Shown one piece after another: positions 18,825-26,980 of a stretch of 64,000 nt of DNA. The notes under the pieces are model-generated. The model ran no database searches, was not told the origin of the DNA, and saw only the letters and a list, made by a program, of their open reading frames with translations. Location of the stretch: contig JAKIUC010000016.1 in the NCBI GenBank assembly GCA_021647785.1, positions 10,915-74,914 on the forward strand, in the 5' to 3' direction. The DNA comes from Melioribacteraceae bacterium (GTDB lineage: Bacteria; Bacteroidota; Ignavibacteria; Ignavibacteriales; Melioribacteraceae). Positions within the stretch are counted from its first letter, which is position 1. Each line of letters starts with the position of its first letter. Both the position numbers and the translations under genes were made by a program.

Positions 18825-21800
18825 ATGAAAAAGTATTTAATTATTTTAACCTTATTACTAATTGCCTTTCAGCAATTAAATGGGCAAACAAGCTGGACAA
18901 TAATTAACCCACCAGCAGCTGACTATTTTCAAGATGTGTTTGCCTTAGATGCAAACATAGCTATAGCAGTTGGTGCAAGGGGAGGTATTTACCGAACAAC
19001 AGATGGAGGTACTACCTGGAACCCTCATGTATCACCAATTTCCGATGACCTTCAAGATGTCTTTTTCATTAATTCTACGACAGGTTGGATTGTTGGTGGT
19101 ACTAAAATTATGAAAAGTACTGATGCTGGTATAAGTTGGACTTTACAATATAGTGGATTTGCTGGACAAATGAATGCCGTACATTTTATTAACTCTTCGG
19201 TTGGTTGGGTTTGTGGTGCTTATGGGGATATTTATAAAACAACAGATGGTGGTGCAAATTGGGTAGATCAAATTCCAGTCAACCTTACTTTTGGTTGGTT
19301 ACAGTCTATCTTTTTTATTGATGCAAATAATGGATGGGCTGTTGGTACAAGTAAATCGTATGCATCCACAACTGATGGTGGTGCTACATGGAATATTTCA
19401 GAATTGCAAGGTGGAGTTCTATACAAATCCATATTTTTTACTTCTGCAACAGAGGGTTGGTTGGCTGGTGATAGTGACCTACTAAAAACAACAGATGGAG
19501 GAGCTAATTGGGGAACGGCTAACTCTGGACTATCCAGTGCCGCTTTCGGATATAAAATTATGCATAGTATTTACTTTGTAAGTTCATCTACTGGTTATAT
19601 AGTTGGTAACAATGGCAAATTTGCAAGAACAACAAATGGTAATACATCTAATCCAACCTGGACAGTATCAACTATAGCAGGTGAAGAGAATTATTACAGT
19701 GTTAGTTTTGGTACTTCGAGTACAGGCTGGGTTGTTGGTAATGGTGGTGTAATTCAAAAAACTACAAATAGCGGAGGTGCCTGGACTGCACAAGTGGAAC
19801 CAATTACAACCGAAAAACTAAATGCAACTTTCTTTGTCAGTTCAAACACAGGATGGGCTGTTGGAGAAAATGGAATAGTAGTAACAACTACAGATGGTGG
19901 TTCAAGTTGGAGTACTGTAAATCTTGGAACAACTAACACTCTTTTTGATGTCTATTTTCCATCAGCCGATGTTGGTTATATTTGTGGTGATGCTGTATTT
20001 TATTATACTAAAGATGGCGGCACCACCTGGACTTCGAGAACTGTTATTAATGAGTATTACAGTACAAAATTCATAAACGATAATATTGGATGGATAGTTG
20101 GAAGCACAGGATTTGGAACATTATTTAAAACTACAAATAGAGGTAGTTCTTGGACTGCTCTCTCTCCTGCCCCACCTTCCCCTTTATACGATTTAGCAAT
20201 TGTAGATGCCAATACTCTTGTGGCTGTTGGTTATAGCGGTTCAATCCAAAGAACAACCAATGGTGGAACATCATGGAGTGCGGTTACTTCAGGTACAACG
20301 GATATATTAAGAACAGTACATTTTGTTAATTCTTCTGTGGGGTATATTGGTACCGATAACGGAAAAGTATTAAAATCTACAGATGGTGGTGCTACTTGGT
20401 CCACTATATTATCAGGTGCTGCAATAGCTTTTTCCGATATACATTTTATTAGTGAAACGGAAGGTTGGGCTGTTGCTGGGGATAAAGATACTTGGTACAC
20501 TGATGATGGGGGAGCAACGTGGACTGTTCCTGACAACGCACTATCAAATCAAGCCCTAAACTCTATATATTTTCCAACGGCTTCAACTGGTTTTAGAGTA
20601 GGTGATTTGGGTAATATACACAAAGGTACTACATCTCTATCAGGCCAGGTTCCAGTTTTTGCAAATAATATAAATCCACTTATTGATGATATTGATATCC
20701 CCATTTCCAGTAATCTATTATATCTGGTTTGGGAAGATGGCGGTGGTGAACCAGCAACAAGTTATACACTATGTTTGGGAACCGATGGTGGTGGAACTGT
20801 AACCCCAACAAATGTAGTTAATGGTGCAAGTATGGGAGGAGCAACATCATACCAACATCCATCAGACTTACAATATAGTACCAAATATTATTGGCAGATA
20901 GTTCCAGCAAATGGAAATGGTGCTGCTTCAAACTGCCCTATTTGGTCGTTTACTACAAGAGAGGATTTAAACTTTGGCGGCGGCGGTACAAATGCTCCAG
21001 GGTACTTTTTTGCAAACTCAACTCCTAGTGCAAGTGGTGCTCCTTCGCAACCAACTTATGGTTGGGTTGATCCTGTTCTTTATACACATACCGAAATAGC
21101 ATCATGGACTTCTGGTGATGCTGACGATGGATTTTTTGGTCCTCACACTATGGGAATTACATTTCCATTTTTTGGTAATAACTTTACCGAAATTTATATT
21201 GGAACAAATGGGCTGCTTACTTTTGGAACTGGTTATTCTGTAAATGGTGCTTCCGCCACAATTCCAGATGCTGCTGAACCGAACAATATGATTGCAGCTT
21301 GTTTTATGGATTTATATTCTAATACAACTGGTAAAGTCTATTATGGTGTAACCGGTGGTAAGTTCGTAGTTACCTGGTTCCAGTATTACGACAAGGGAAC
21401 GTCGGAATATATTACGTTTCAAGTTCTACTAAGTGCGTCAGGATATATAGAATTCCAATACAATGATTCAGAAAGTACATTCCCATTGCAAATAGGAATT
21501 GGTGACGATGCACTTATAGGTATTGAAGATGAATATGGTTCTGCTGGCGTACTTTATAGAAATAATGGTGTTGGCGGACCAATATTTGGCTCGCCGCTTG
21601 CAGTAGCATTTGGGGATGATAATAGTGCCCTTCCAGTTGAACTAACATCCTTTTATGCTGCTTCAACAAGTTCAAAAACCGTTGTTCTTAATTGGACTAC
21701 TGCAACAGAAGTAAATAATTATGGGTTTTCTGTGCTTCGACTCCGCTCAGCAACCGAAAATGAATGGGAAAAAATTGGTTTTGTTGAAGGACACGGTAAT

Positions 21801-22199
21801 AGTAATTCTCCTAAAGATTATTCTTTTGTAGATTCTAATCCGCGAAGTGGAAAATCTCTCTATAGATTAAAACAAATTGATATTGATGGGGCTTTTGAAT
21901 ACTCGGAAACTATTTCTGTGGAAATTAATATTCTCGGAAAATATATTTTAGAACAGAATTATCCGAATCCATTTAACCCTACAACTAATATTAATTTCTC
22001 TATTCCAGTAACTGGGCATGTTAAGTTAACGGTCTATAATACTATTGGTCAGAGAGTTGCAACACTTGTTAATGGAATTAAAAATGCAGGGTATCACAAT
22101 ATTTCGTTCAATGCAGCCAATCTAATAAGCGGAATTTATTTCTACAAATTGGAGAGTGGTGATTTTGTTCAAGTAGAGAAAATGATGCTGCTCAAATAG
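18825..22199 (+). CDS. 1124-aa multidomain secreted protein: about 600 aa of BNR/Ycf48-like repeats, FN3-like and unknown middle domains, T9SS C-terminal domain
   Basis: More than 12 TTDGG(A/T)(T/N)W repeats. YYWQIVPANGNG...WSFTT FN3-like segment. LPVELTSFYA...LNWTTATEVNNYGFSV module. C-terminal QNYPNPFNPTTNINFSI...GIYFYKLESGDFVQVEKMMLLK. Confidence 0.75.
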   Translation: MKKYLIILTLLLIAFQQLNGQTSWTIINPPAADYFQDVFALDANIAIAVGARGGIYRTTDGGTTWNPHVSPISDDLQDVFFINSTTGWIVGGTKIMKSTDAGISWTLQYSGFAGQMNAVHFINSSVGWVCGAYGDIYKTTDGGANWVDQIPVNLTFGWLQSIFFIDANNGWAVGTSKSYASTTDGGATWNISELQGGVLYKSIFFTSATEGWLAGDSDLLKTTDGGANWGTANSGLSSAAFGYKIMHSIYFVSSSTGYIVGNNGKFARTTNGNTSNPTWTVSTIAGEENYYSVSFGTSSTGWVVGNGGVIQKTTNSGGAWTAQVEPITTEKLNATFFVSSNTGWAVGENGIVVTTTDGGSSWSTVNLGTTNTLFDVYFPSADVGYICGDAVFYYTKDGGTTWTSRTVINEYYSTKFINDNIGWIVGSTGFGTLFKTTNRGSSWTALSPAPPSPLYDLAIVDANTLVAVGYSGSIQRTTNGGTSWSAVTSGTTDILRTVHFVNSSVGYIGTDNGKVLKSTDGGATWSTILSGAAIAFSDIHFISETEGWAVAGDKDTWYTDDGGATWTVPDNALSNQALNSIYFPTASTGFRVGDLGNIHKGTTSLSGQVPVFANNINPLIDDIDIPISSNLLYLVWEDGGGEPATSYTLCLGTDGGGTVTPTNVVNGASMGGATSYQHPSDLQYSTKYYWQIVPANGNGAASNCPIWSFTTREDLNFGGGGTNAPGYFFANSTPSASGAPSQPTYGWVDPVLYTHTEIASWTSGDADDGFFGPHTMGITFPFFGNNFTEIYIGTNGLLTFGTGYSVNGASATIPDAAEPNNMIAACFMDLYSNTTGKVYYGVTGGKFVVTWFQYYDKGTSEYITFQVLLSASGYIEFQYNDSESTFPLQIGIGDDALIGIEDEYGSAGVLYRNNGVGGPIFGSPLAVAFGDDNSALPVELTSFYAASTSSKTVVLNWTTATEVNNYGFSVLRLRSATENEWEKIGFVEGHGNSNSPKDYSFVDSNPRSGKSLYRLKQIDIDGAFEYSETISVEINILGKYILEQNYPNPFNPTTNINFSIPVTGHVKLTVYNTIGQRVATLVNGIKNAGYHNISFNAANLISGIYFYKLESGDFVQVEKMMLLK

Positions 22200-22232
22200 T
22201 TTCATATGACCCTATGGAAGATGTAAAAAACG

Positions 22233-22267
22233 AAAAACCCAATTCATAAGTTTGAATTGGGTTTTTT
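22233..22267 (+). terminator. intrinsic terminator
   Basis: AAAAACCCAATTCA-TAAGTT-TGAATTGGGTTTTTT: 9-bp stem plus T-run immediately after the 18825-22199 gene. Confidence 0.8.
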
Positions 22268-22808
22268 ATATCTATTAGAAGCCTTTGCATAATTATACAT
22301 ATAAAGTGTTCTAGTTTAATTCTAAATTGCCTACTTATAAGAGCATATTTTTTACTTTTCAACCATTAAATACTAGAGATTATATTTCTGTTATTCTCTG
22401 TTTTCCATACATTTTTAAGGAATTTGGAACTGTTTCAATTTCAAATAAGATTGGGTTAATATCTTCAGAAATCCTGCTTTACAAGATTTATAATGTTTCA
22501 ACTTTTGTAAATAATATTCAAAAATCACTGTCAAGTATTTGGCTCATTAATGTTTTATTGTTATTTTGTGTTCTGCTAAAAAGACCCATGATATATTTTT
22601 ACAGCATATCTGTTTTAGGAGACTTTGCATAACCATTTTTATCATACTTTTTTTTGTGAAATTGTTTTAATATTTGCTATTCTCGGGGGGCGTAGTCCCG
22701 ATATCTTTCAATCGGGACAAAGCCTCCTTTTAGACAAAAATTTAATTTCACAAAAACATTTGGGGATAAGTATGGCAATTACTCTTTACACAATATTTAG
22801 AGGAAATA

Positions 22809-23516
22809 ATGACAGAACATGAAAGGTATGAAGTCAATTTTTTTAGACCTATATCACAACATGCAAAAGCTAATAAGAAATTGATCTCTACTTTAGCAAT
22901 AATTTGGGCTGTAGCGGTATTTGGTTTTCATTTTTTATTAATAATTATTACTACTCCAACTCCCGAACAAACACTTATTAATTTCAATTCTGTTTGGCAG
23001 CAAGTTGTGGAAGATAGCTCGGCAACACACGAAATGAAACAAGTATTTGCAAAATCCTTACTTATGGTTTTAGGAAAAAATATTGCGGTAAAAGAGGAGC
23101 ATAAATCTGTATTAAAAGAATCTCTTAGCTGGTCTGTTTATAGAATGCAGGCAGATTCTATAAAACCATTCTATAAAACTGAGCCAAACAGTGAAACAAT
23201 AAAAGGAGCAATAGCAAGTATAGGCTTAAGTGCAGAAGGTTTTGATAAAATAATGCGAGACCTTTTGCCTTCATCATTGGTTAAAGTTGAAAACTCTGCA
23301 CTAAGTGAAAAATCAAAAAAAGCGTTGCCGGAAATTATGGAACTATATTTAATTCATAATCAAAGTTTTTTAACAGACTTTAAATTTCTCGGATTTCCCT
23401 TCCACTATTGGTACACAGCACAATTCTTGCTTATTCTATTTGTACTGCTCTGTTTAACCTATGCAGTTTTAATAGATAGAATGAATAGGGAATATGAATT
23501 TATTGAAGAAACTTAA
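22809..23516 (+). CDS. DUF4212-type small subunit of a sodium:solute symporter, expanded (235 aa)
   Basis: N-terminal TM (LISTLAIIWAVAVFGFHFLL) and C-terminal FLGFPFHYWYTAQFLLILFVLLCLTYAVLIDRMNREYEF match my recollection of the DUF4212 consensus (GFPLGFWFAQQG...MN.LD). A soluble insert of about 130-140 aa lies between them. Confidence 0.6.
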   Translation: MTEHERYEVNFFRPISQHAKANKKLISTLAIIWAVAVFGFHFLLIIITTPTPEQTLINFNSVWQQVVEDSSATHEMKQVFAKSLLMVLGKNIAVKEEHKSVLKESLSWSVYRMQADSIKPFYKTEPNSETIKGAIASIGLSAEGFDKIMRDLLPSSLVKVENSALSEKSKKALPEIMELYLIHNQSFLTDFKFLGFPFHYWYTAQFLLILFVLLCLTYAVLIDRMNREYEFIEET

Positions 23517-23537
23517 AAATTGTAATTTGGAGAGATT

Positions 23538-25223
23538 GTGAATAAATCAAATAAAATTATAAACATATTGTTTTTTATGCTAATATTTTCGGGTAATCTT
23601 TTTGCTCAATCGGCTACTGAATTAGAAGGGGAGTTCAAACTTGCTCCTGCAATAATTTTAATAATTTTGTTAGTAACATTTATTATGGTTGGTTTTTTTA
23701 ACCGTGCAAAAGATACAAAGACCTATTGGGCTGCAGGCAGAAAAATTTCTCCTGTTGGTGCGGGTATGGCTATTGCATCTAACTGGATGAGTGCTGCATC
23801 ATTTTTAGGAATGGCGGCAGTAATGTATGGCTCCGGCTACCATGGCTTATCCTATGTTATTGGCTGGACTGGTGGGTACGTACTACTTTTAATTTTAATG
23901 GCTGGTCAAATTAGACGTTATGGAAAATATACTACCGCCGATTTTATTGGTGACAGATATTACTCGCAAGGTTTAAGAGGTGTTGGTGCAGGGTTAGCAA
24001 TCTTTATCTCTTTTTCATACTGCGTTGGTCAATTTGCCGGAATAGGGCTAATGTTCAAATGGATTTTAGGAATTGATTACGCTTGGGCAGTTATTATTGG
24101 TGCATCTGTTGTTCTAACTTACACTCTTATTTCGGGGATGCTGGGTGTTACAAAAAATATGCAGATACAATATGTAATAATTATTGCTTCATTTATTATT
24201 CCACTTTTTATCTTAACATATAAGTTTGGCTATTTTTACTGGTTACCTCAAGTGGGTTACGGCGAAATAATTAGTGATATTGTTAATGGAATTGCACCTG
24301 GCAAAGGTCTTTCCTCACTGGGGCATGATTTTGCAATTCTACCCTCGCCAGAGTTTGCAATGCCCTGGGACCCCGCAACTGGACAAACAGCCTTTCAGTG
24401 GATTGCTATTTGTTTCTCTTTAATGATTGGAACTGCAGGACTGCCGCATGTTATTCAAAGATTTTATGTTGTACCACGTGCAAAAGATGCGAGATGGTCG
24501 GTAGTTTGGGGTCTCTTTTTTATCTGCATTCTTTATTGGAGTGCCCCCATTTATTCAGCATTTGGAAAGATTCTATCATCTAACCCTGAAGTTGGTGTGT
24601 TAGCTAAAGATGCAATTGTTGTTTATACTGCTCAACTTGGCGATTTATATCCACTTATTATTGGCTTTCTCGCTGCGGGTGCTGTCTCTGCTGCTTTCTC
24701 TACAGTATCAGGTTTGTTAGTGGCGGGAGCTTCAGCATTTTCTCACGATTTATATTTTAATGTGATAAACCCTAAAGCTACCGAGCAGAAACAAATGCTA
24801 ATGGCAAGGGTAGGAACTATTTTAATGGCGGCTGGTGTTGCTATTATTGCACTATTAGAGTTGGGACTTATTGCTCAACTTGTTGCAGTAGCTTTCTCGT
24901 TGGCAGGATGTACAATATTCCCATTATTTCTACTTGGTATTTGGTGGAGTGGCTCCAACAGAACTGGTGCATGGGCAGGACTTATTGCGGGTGGCTCTGT
25001 AGCCTTAGTTGCTCAAGTATATTTTCTCGCTGGTAAACTTGGTGTAGTATTACCGTATCACGAATTTATACACTACTATTTAAATGCATGGTATTTTGCT
25101 TGGTTGGGTGCACCATTAGCAATAATTTCAAATATTGTTGCTTCACTATTGGCTAAAGAGAAAACTCCATTAGAAATTAAAAAATTCTTAGCTGAAAAAG
25201 TTCATAATTATGATGTTAGTTAG
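23538..25223 (+). CDS. sodium:solute symporter family transporter (DUF4212-partnered subfamily)
   Basis: 561 aa, more than 12 hydrophobic segments. YWAAGRKISPVGAGMAIASNWMSAASFLG SSF signature. GTG start with GGAGA SD. Directly follows the DUF4212 gene. Confidence 0.85.
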   Translation: MNKSNKIINILFFMLIFSGNLFAQSATELEGEFKLAPAIILIILLVTFIMVGFFNRAKDTKTYWAAGRKISPVGAGMAIASNWMSAASFLGMAAVMYGSGYHGLSYVIGWTGGYVLLLILMAGQIRRYGKYTTADFIGDRYYSQGLRGVGAGLAIFISFSYCVGQFAGIGLMFKWILGIDYAWAVIIGASVVLTYTLISGMLGVTKNMQIQYVIIIASFIIPLFILTYKFGYFYWLPQVGYGEIISDIVNGIAPGKGLSSLGHDFAILPSPEFAMPWDPATGQTAFQWIAICFSLMIGTAGLPHVIQRFYVVPRAKDARWSVVWGLFFICILYWSAPIYSAFGKILSSNPEVGVLAKDAIVVYTAQLGDLYPLIIGFLAAGAVSAAFSTVSGLLVAGASAFSHDLYFNVINPKATEQKQMLMARVGTILMAAGVAIIALLELGLIAQLVAVAFSLAGCTIFPLFLLGIWWSGSNRTGAWAGLIAGGSVALVAQVYFLAGKLGVVLPYHEFIHYYLNAWYFAWLGAPLAIISNIVASLLAKEKTPLEIKKFLAEKVHNYDVS

Positions 25224-25232
25224 AAAATCACA

Positions 25233-25257
25233 ACCCCGATTTATGTCGGGTTTTTTT
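25233..25257 (+). terminator. intrinsic terminator
   Basis: ACCCCGA-TTTATG-TCGGG followed by T7. Confidence 0.6.
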
Positions 25258-25306
25258 ATCAGCCTACTTTACACACAACCTTATTAGTGGCTGTGTGAGT
25301 TGTTTC

Positions 25307-25597
25307 TTAACCTATTATCAAATTTACTTTTTTTCCAAATCCAATTTCTACAATACGGTAAAGTGTTGATAATTGTATATCACTATGCCCATTTTCAATT
25401 CGTGAAATAAAACTTTTCCGTGTTCCTGTTTTATGTGCCAATTGGTCCTGAGTCATTTGTGCATCTTTCCTAGCTTCTCTCAAAATCTCCCCAATTGCAA
25501 AAGCTTTTGCCTTAATTTCAAAAATAGTTCTTTTCTTAGTACCTATTGTACCATATCTATTCATAAGATGATCGTCAAATGTTGTTATGTTTTTCAT
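25307..25597 (-). CDS. XRE-family HTH antitoxin (HigA-like partner of Gp49/HigB-type toxins)
   Basis: 96 aa. LREARKDAQMTQDQLAHKTGTRKSFISRIENGHSDIQLSTLYRI HTH_XRE core. ATG overlaps the TAA of the upstream toxin remnant (TAATG). Confidence 0.8.
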   Translation of the reverse strand: MKNITTFDDHLMNRYGTIGTKKRTIFEIKAKAFAIGEILREARKDAQMTQDQLAHKTGTRKSFISRIENGHSDIQLSTLYRIVEIGFGKKVNLIIG

Positions 25598-26090
25598 TAT
25601 AATTCTCCTTCCTTTTTTAACTCAAAATAGTCACTTTTAATCTTCATTGCTTTTTCTATCTCTTTCTTTAGTGTTTTCTGGCTTTTTTTGAAATCCATTA
25701 AATAATACAACTAAATTACCTTCATCAAAGCAACAGAATATTCTATATATATTACTTTCAAATTCAATTCTAATTTCCCATAATCCATATGGCGGCAAAG
25801 CCGCAAACGACAAAAATCAAATTATAAATAACAAATTGAGAACCAAGAAATTAAATTTTTGTCGTTTATTTGTTTTTTATCATTTAAAATTTCTTAACAT
25901 AAAAAACAAGGATTTAGGTTGTAATACTATAATAGCCTTTTATTTTATCAAAGAACTTTTTGGGAATCCTTTCTGCCCCAGCTACAAGAAAAAGTACATA
26001 ATCAATCTTCTCTTTCACTTTTTCAGTTTGCTTATAAAAGAAACTATTAAAATAATCTTTGAAATATATAATCTGACGTTTACTATTCAT
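25597..26090 (-). pseudogene. Gp49/HigB-like (RelE/ParE superfamily) toxin gene, disrupted
   Basis: Own translation gives three pieces. N-terminal piece 26090-25935: MNSKRQIIYFKDYFNSFFYKQTEKVKEKIDYVLFLVAGAERIPKKFFDKIKG. Then about 140 bp of unrelated hairpin DNA. Then 25789-25684: YGLWEIRIEFESNIYRIFCCFDEGNLVVLFNGFQKK. After an A7 run and a frame shift: QKTLKKEIEKAMKIKSDYFELKKEGEL*. Confidence 0.7.
25790..25931. mobile_element. about 140 bp hairpin-rich insertion interrupting the toxin gene (MITE/REP-like)
   Basis: GCGGCAAAGCCGC hairpin (25792-25804). Perfect 13-bp inverted repeat AAACGACAAAAAT (25805-25817) / ATTTTTGTCGTTT (25855-25867). TAT/ATA present at both junctions (possible target duplication). 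No coding capacity. Confidence 0.45.
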
Positions 26091-26303
26091 AAAATAAAGT
26101 TAACGAATAGTGGAACAATTTTAAAATGTTTTGATGGGATTTTGTTGCCGAATTATTGATTGGCATTAACACAATCTTTTTTTACTAAATATTCTCATGA
26201 ATAGTGAAAACTTTGTTGTTTAGGCTTTAAAATTATAATAAATTTTGTATTACAATTTTAATAACTAAAAGGCTTGCCTTGAGCTTGCCGAAAGGAAAGT
26301 AAA

Positions 26304-26915
26304 ATGAAATTCAAACCAGTTTATATGTACGGAATTATATTTGTAGTAATAATTGTTGCTATTGTATTTACTAGTTCAAATAACAAAAAAGAAGTAACAA
26401 CTATCTCCACTCAACAAGGCGATAAGGAAATGCCGCAGGATGCTCTTCATCAAGGTATTGGCGGGGTTAGTGATGATGCACCATCGCGAGGTAATGTCCG
26501 TGAAGATTTTTGGATAAAAATGGATAAATATAAAGCTGATATTGAAGCTAATCCTAACGACACCTTAGCAATGAGGAATTACGCACAGATGTTAGGAATG
26601 TCTCACAAAACTAACGAGGCAATTGAGTTGTATGATAGAATTCTTGCAATAGACCCAAACAGAATTGATATACTTCTTGCCAAAGGATTAACTTTCTATA
26701 ATGCTCAAAATTTTATTATGGCAGAGGTTGTTACAAAAGAGATAATTGCTTTGGATGATAAAAATCTTGAAGCCAAATATAATCTTGGTGCTATTCTTGC
26801 ATCGCAAGGTAAAAATGATGAAGCACGGAAAGTTTGGAAAGAGTTATCCGATAAATATCCGAATGATGAGGTAGGTAAATTAGCAACAAATGCTTTGGTG
26901 CAGATAAGTAAATAA
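26304..26915 (+). CDS. membrane-anchored TPR repeat protein
   Basis: N-terminal TM (VYMYGIIFVVIIVAIVF) and TPR-like repeats (AMRNYAQML..., AIELYDRILAIDPN, AKYNLGAILASQGKNDEA). Confidence 0.7.
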   Translation: MKFKPVYMYGIIFVVIIVAIVFTSSNNKKEVTTISTQQGDKEMPQDALHQGIGGVSDDAPSRGNVREDFWIKMDKYKADIEANPNDTLAMRNYAQMLGMSHKTNEAIELYDRILAIDPNRIDILLAKGLTFYNAQNFIMAEVVTKEIIALDDKNLEAKYNLGAILASQGKNDEARKVWKELSDKYPNDEVGKLATNALVQISK

Positions 26916-26930
26916 GGGCTAAGTTGTTTA

Positions 26931-26980
26931 ATTGCTGAATTGTTAAAAGAGCTTATTATAACAATTCAGCAATTGTTTTT
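26931..26980. terminator. bidirectional terminator hairpin (same arm family as 8241-8315)
   Basis: ATTGCTGAATTGTT (26931-26944) / AACAATTCAGCAAT (26961-26974) followed by GTTTTTT. Between convergent genes. Confidence 0.7.

Noticed and set aside
22327-22822. ORF-track ORFs 22327-22632 and 22625-22822 (101 and 65 aa)
   Set aside because: Low-complexity, AT-driven composition (runs of I/F/L/K/N), no SD and non-ATG starts. They fall in the promoter/leader region between a terminator (22233-22267) and the DUF4212 gene. One of them contains a REP-like hairpin (GTCCCGAT-ATCTTTCA-ATCGGGAC, about 22694-22717).
25836-26159. Plus-strand 107-aa ORF
   Set aside because: The opposite strand encodes the recognisable N-terminal half of the Gp49/HigB-like toxin. 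The plus-strand translation is low complexity and starts with a non-ATG codon.
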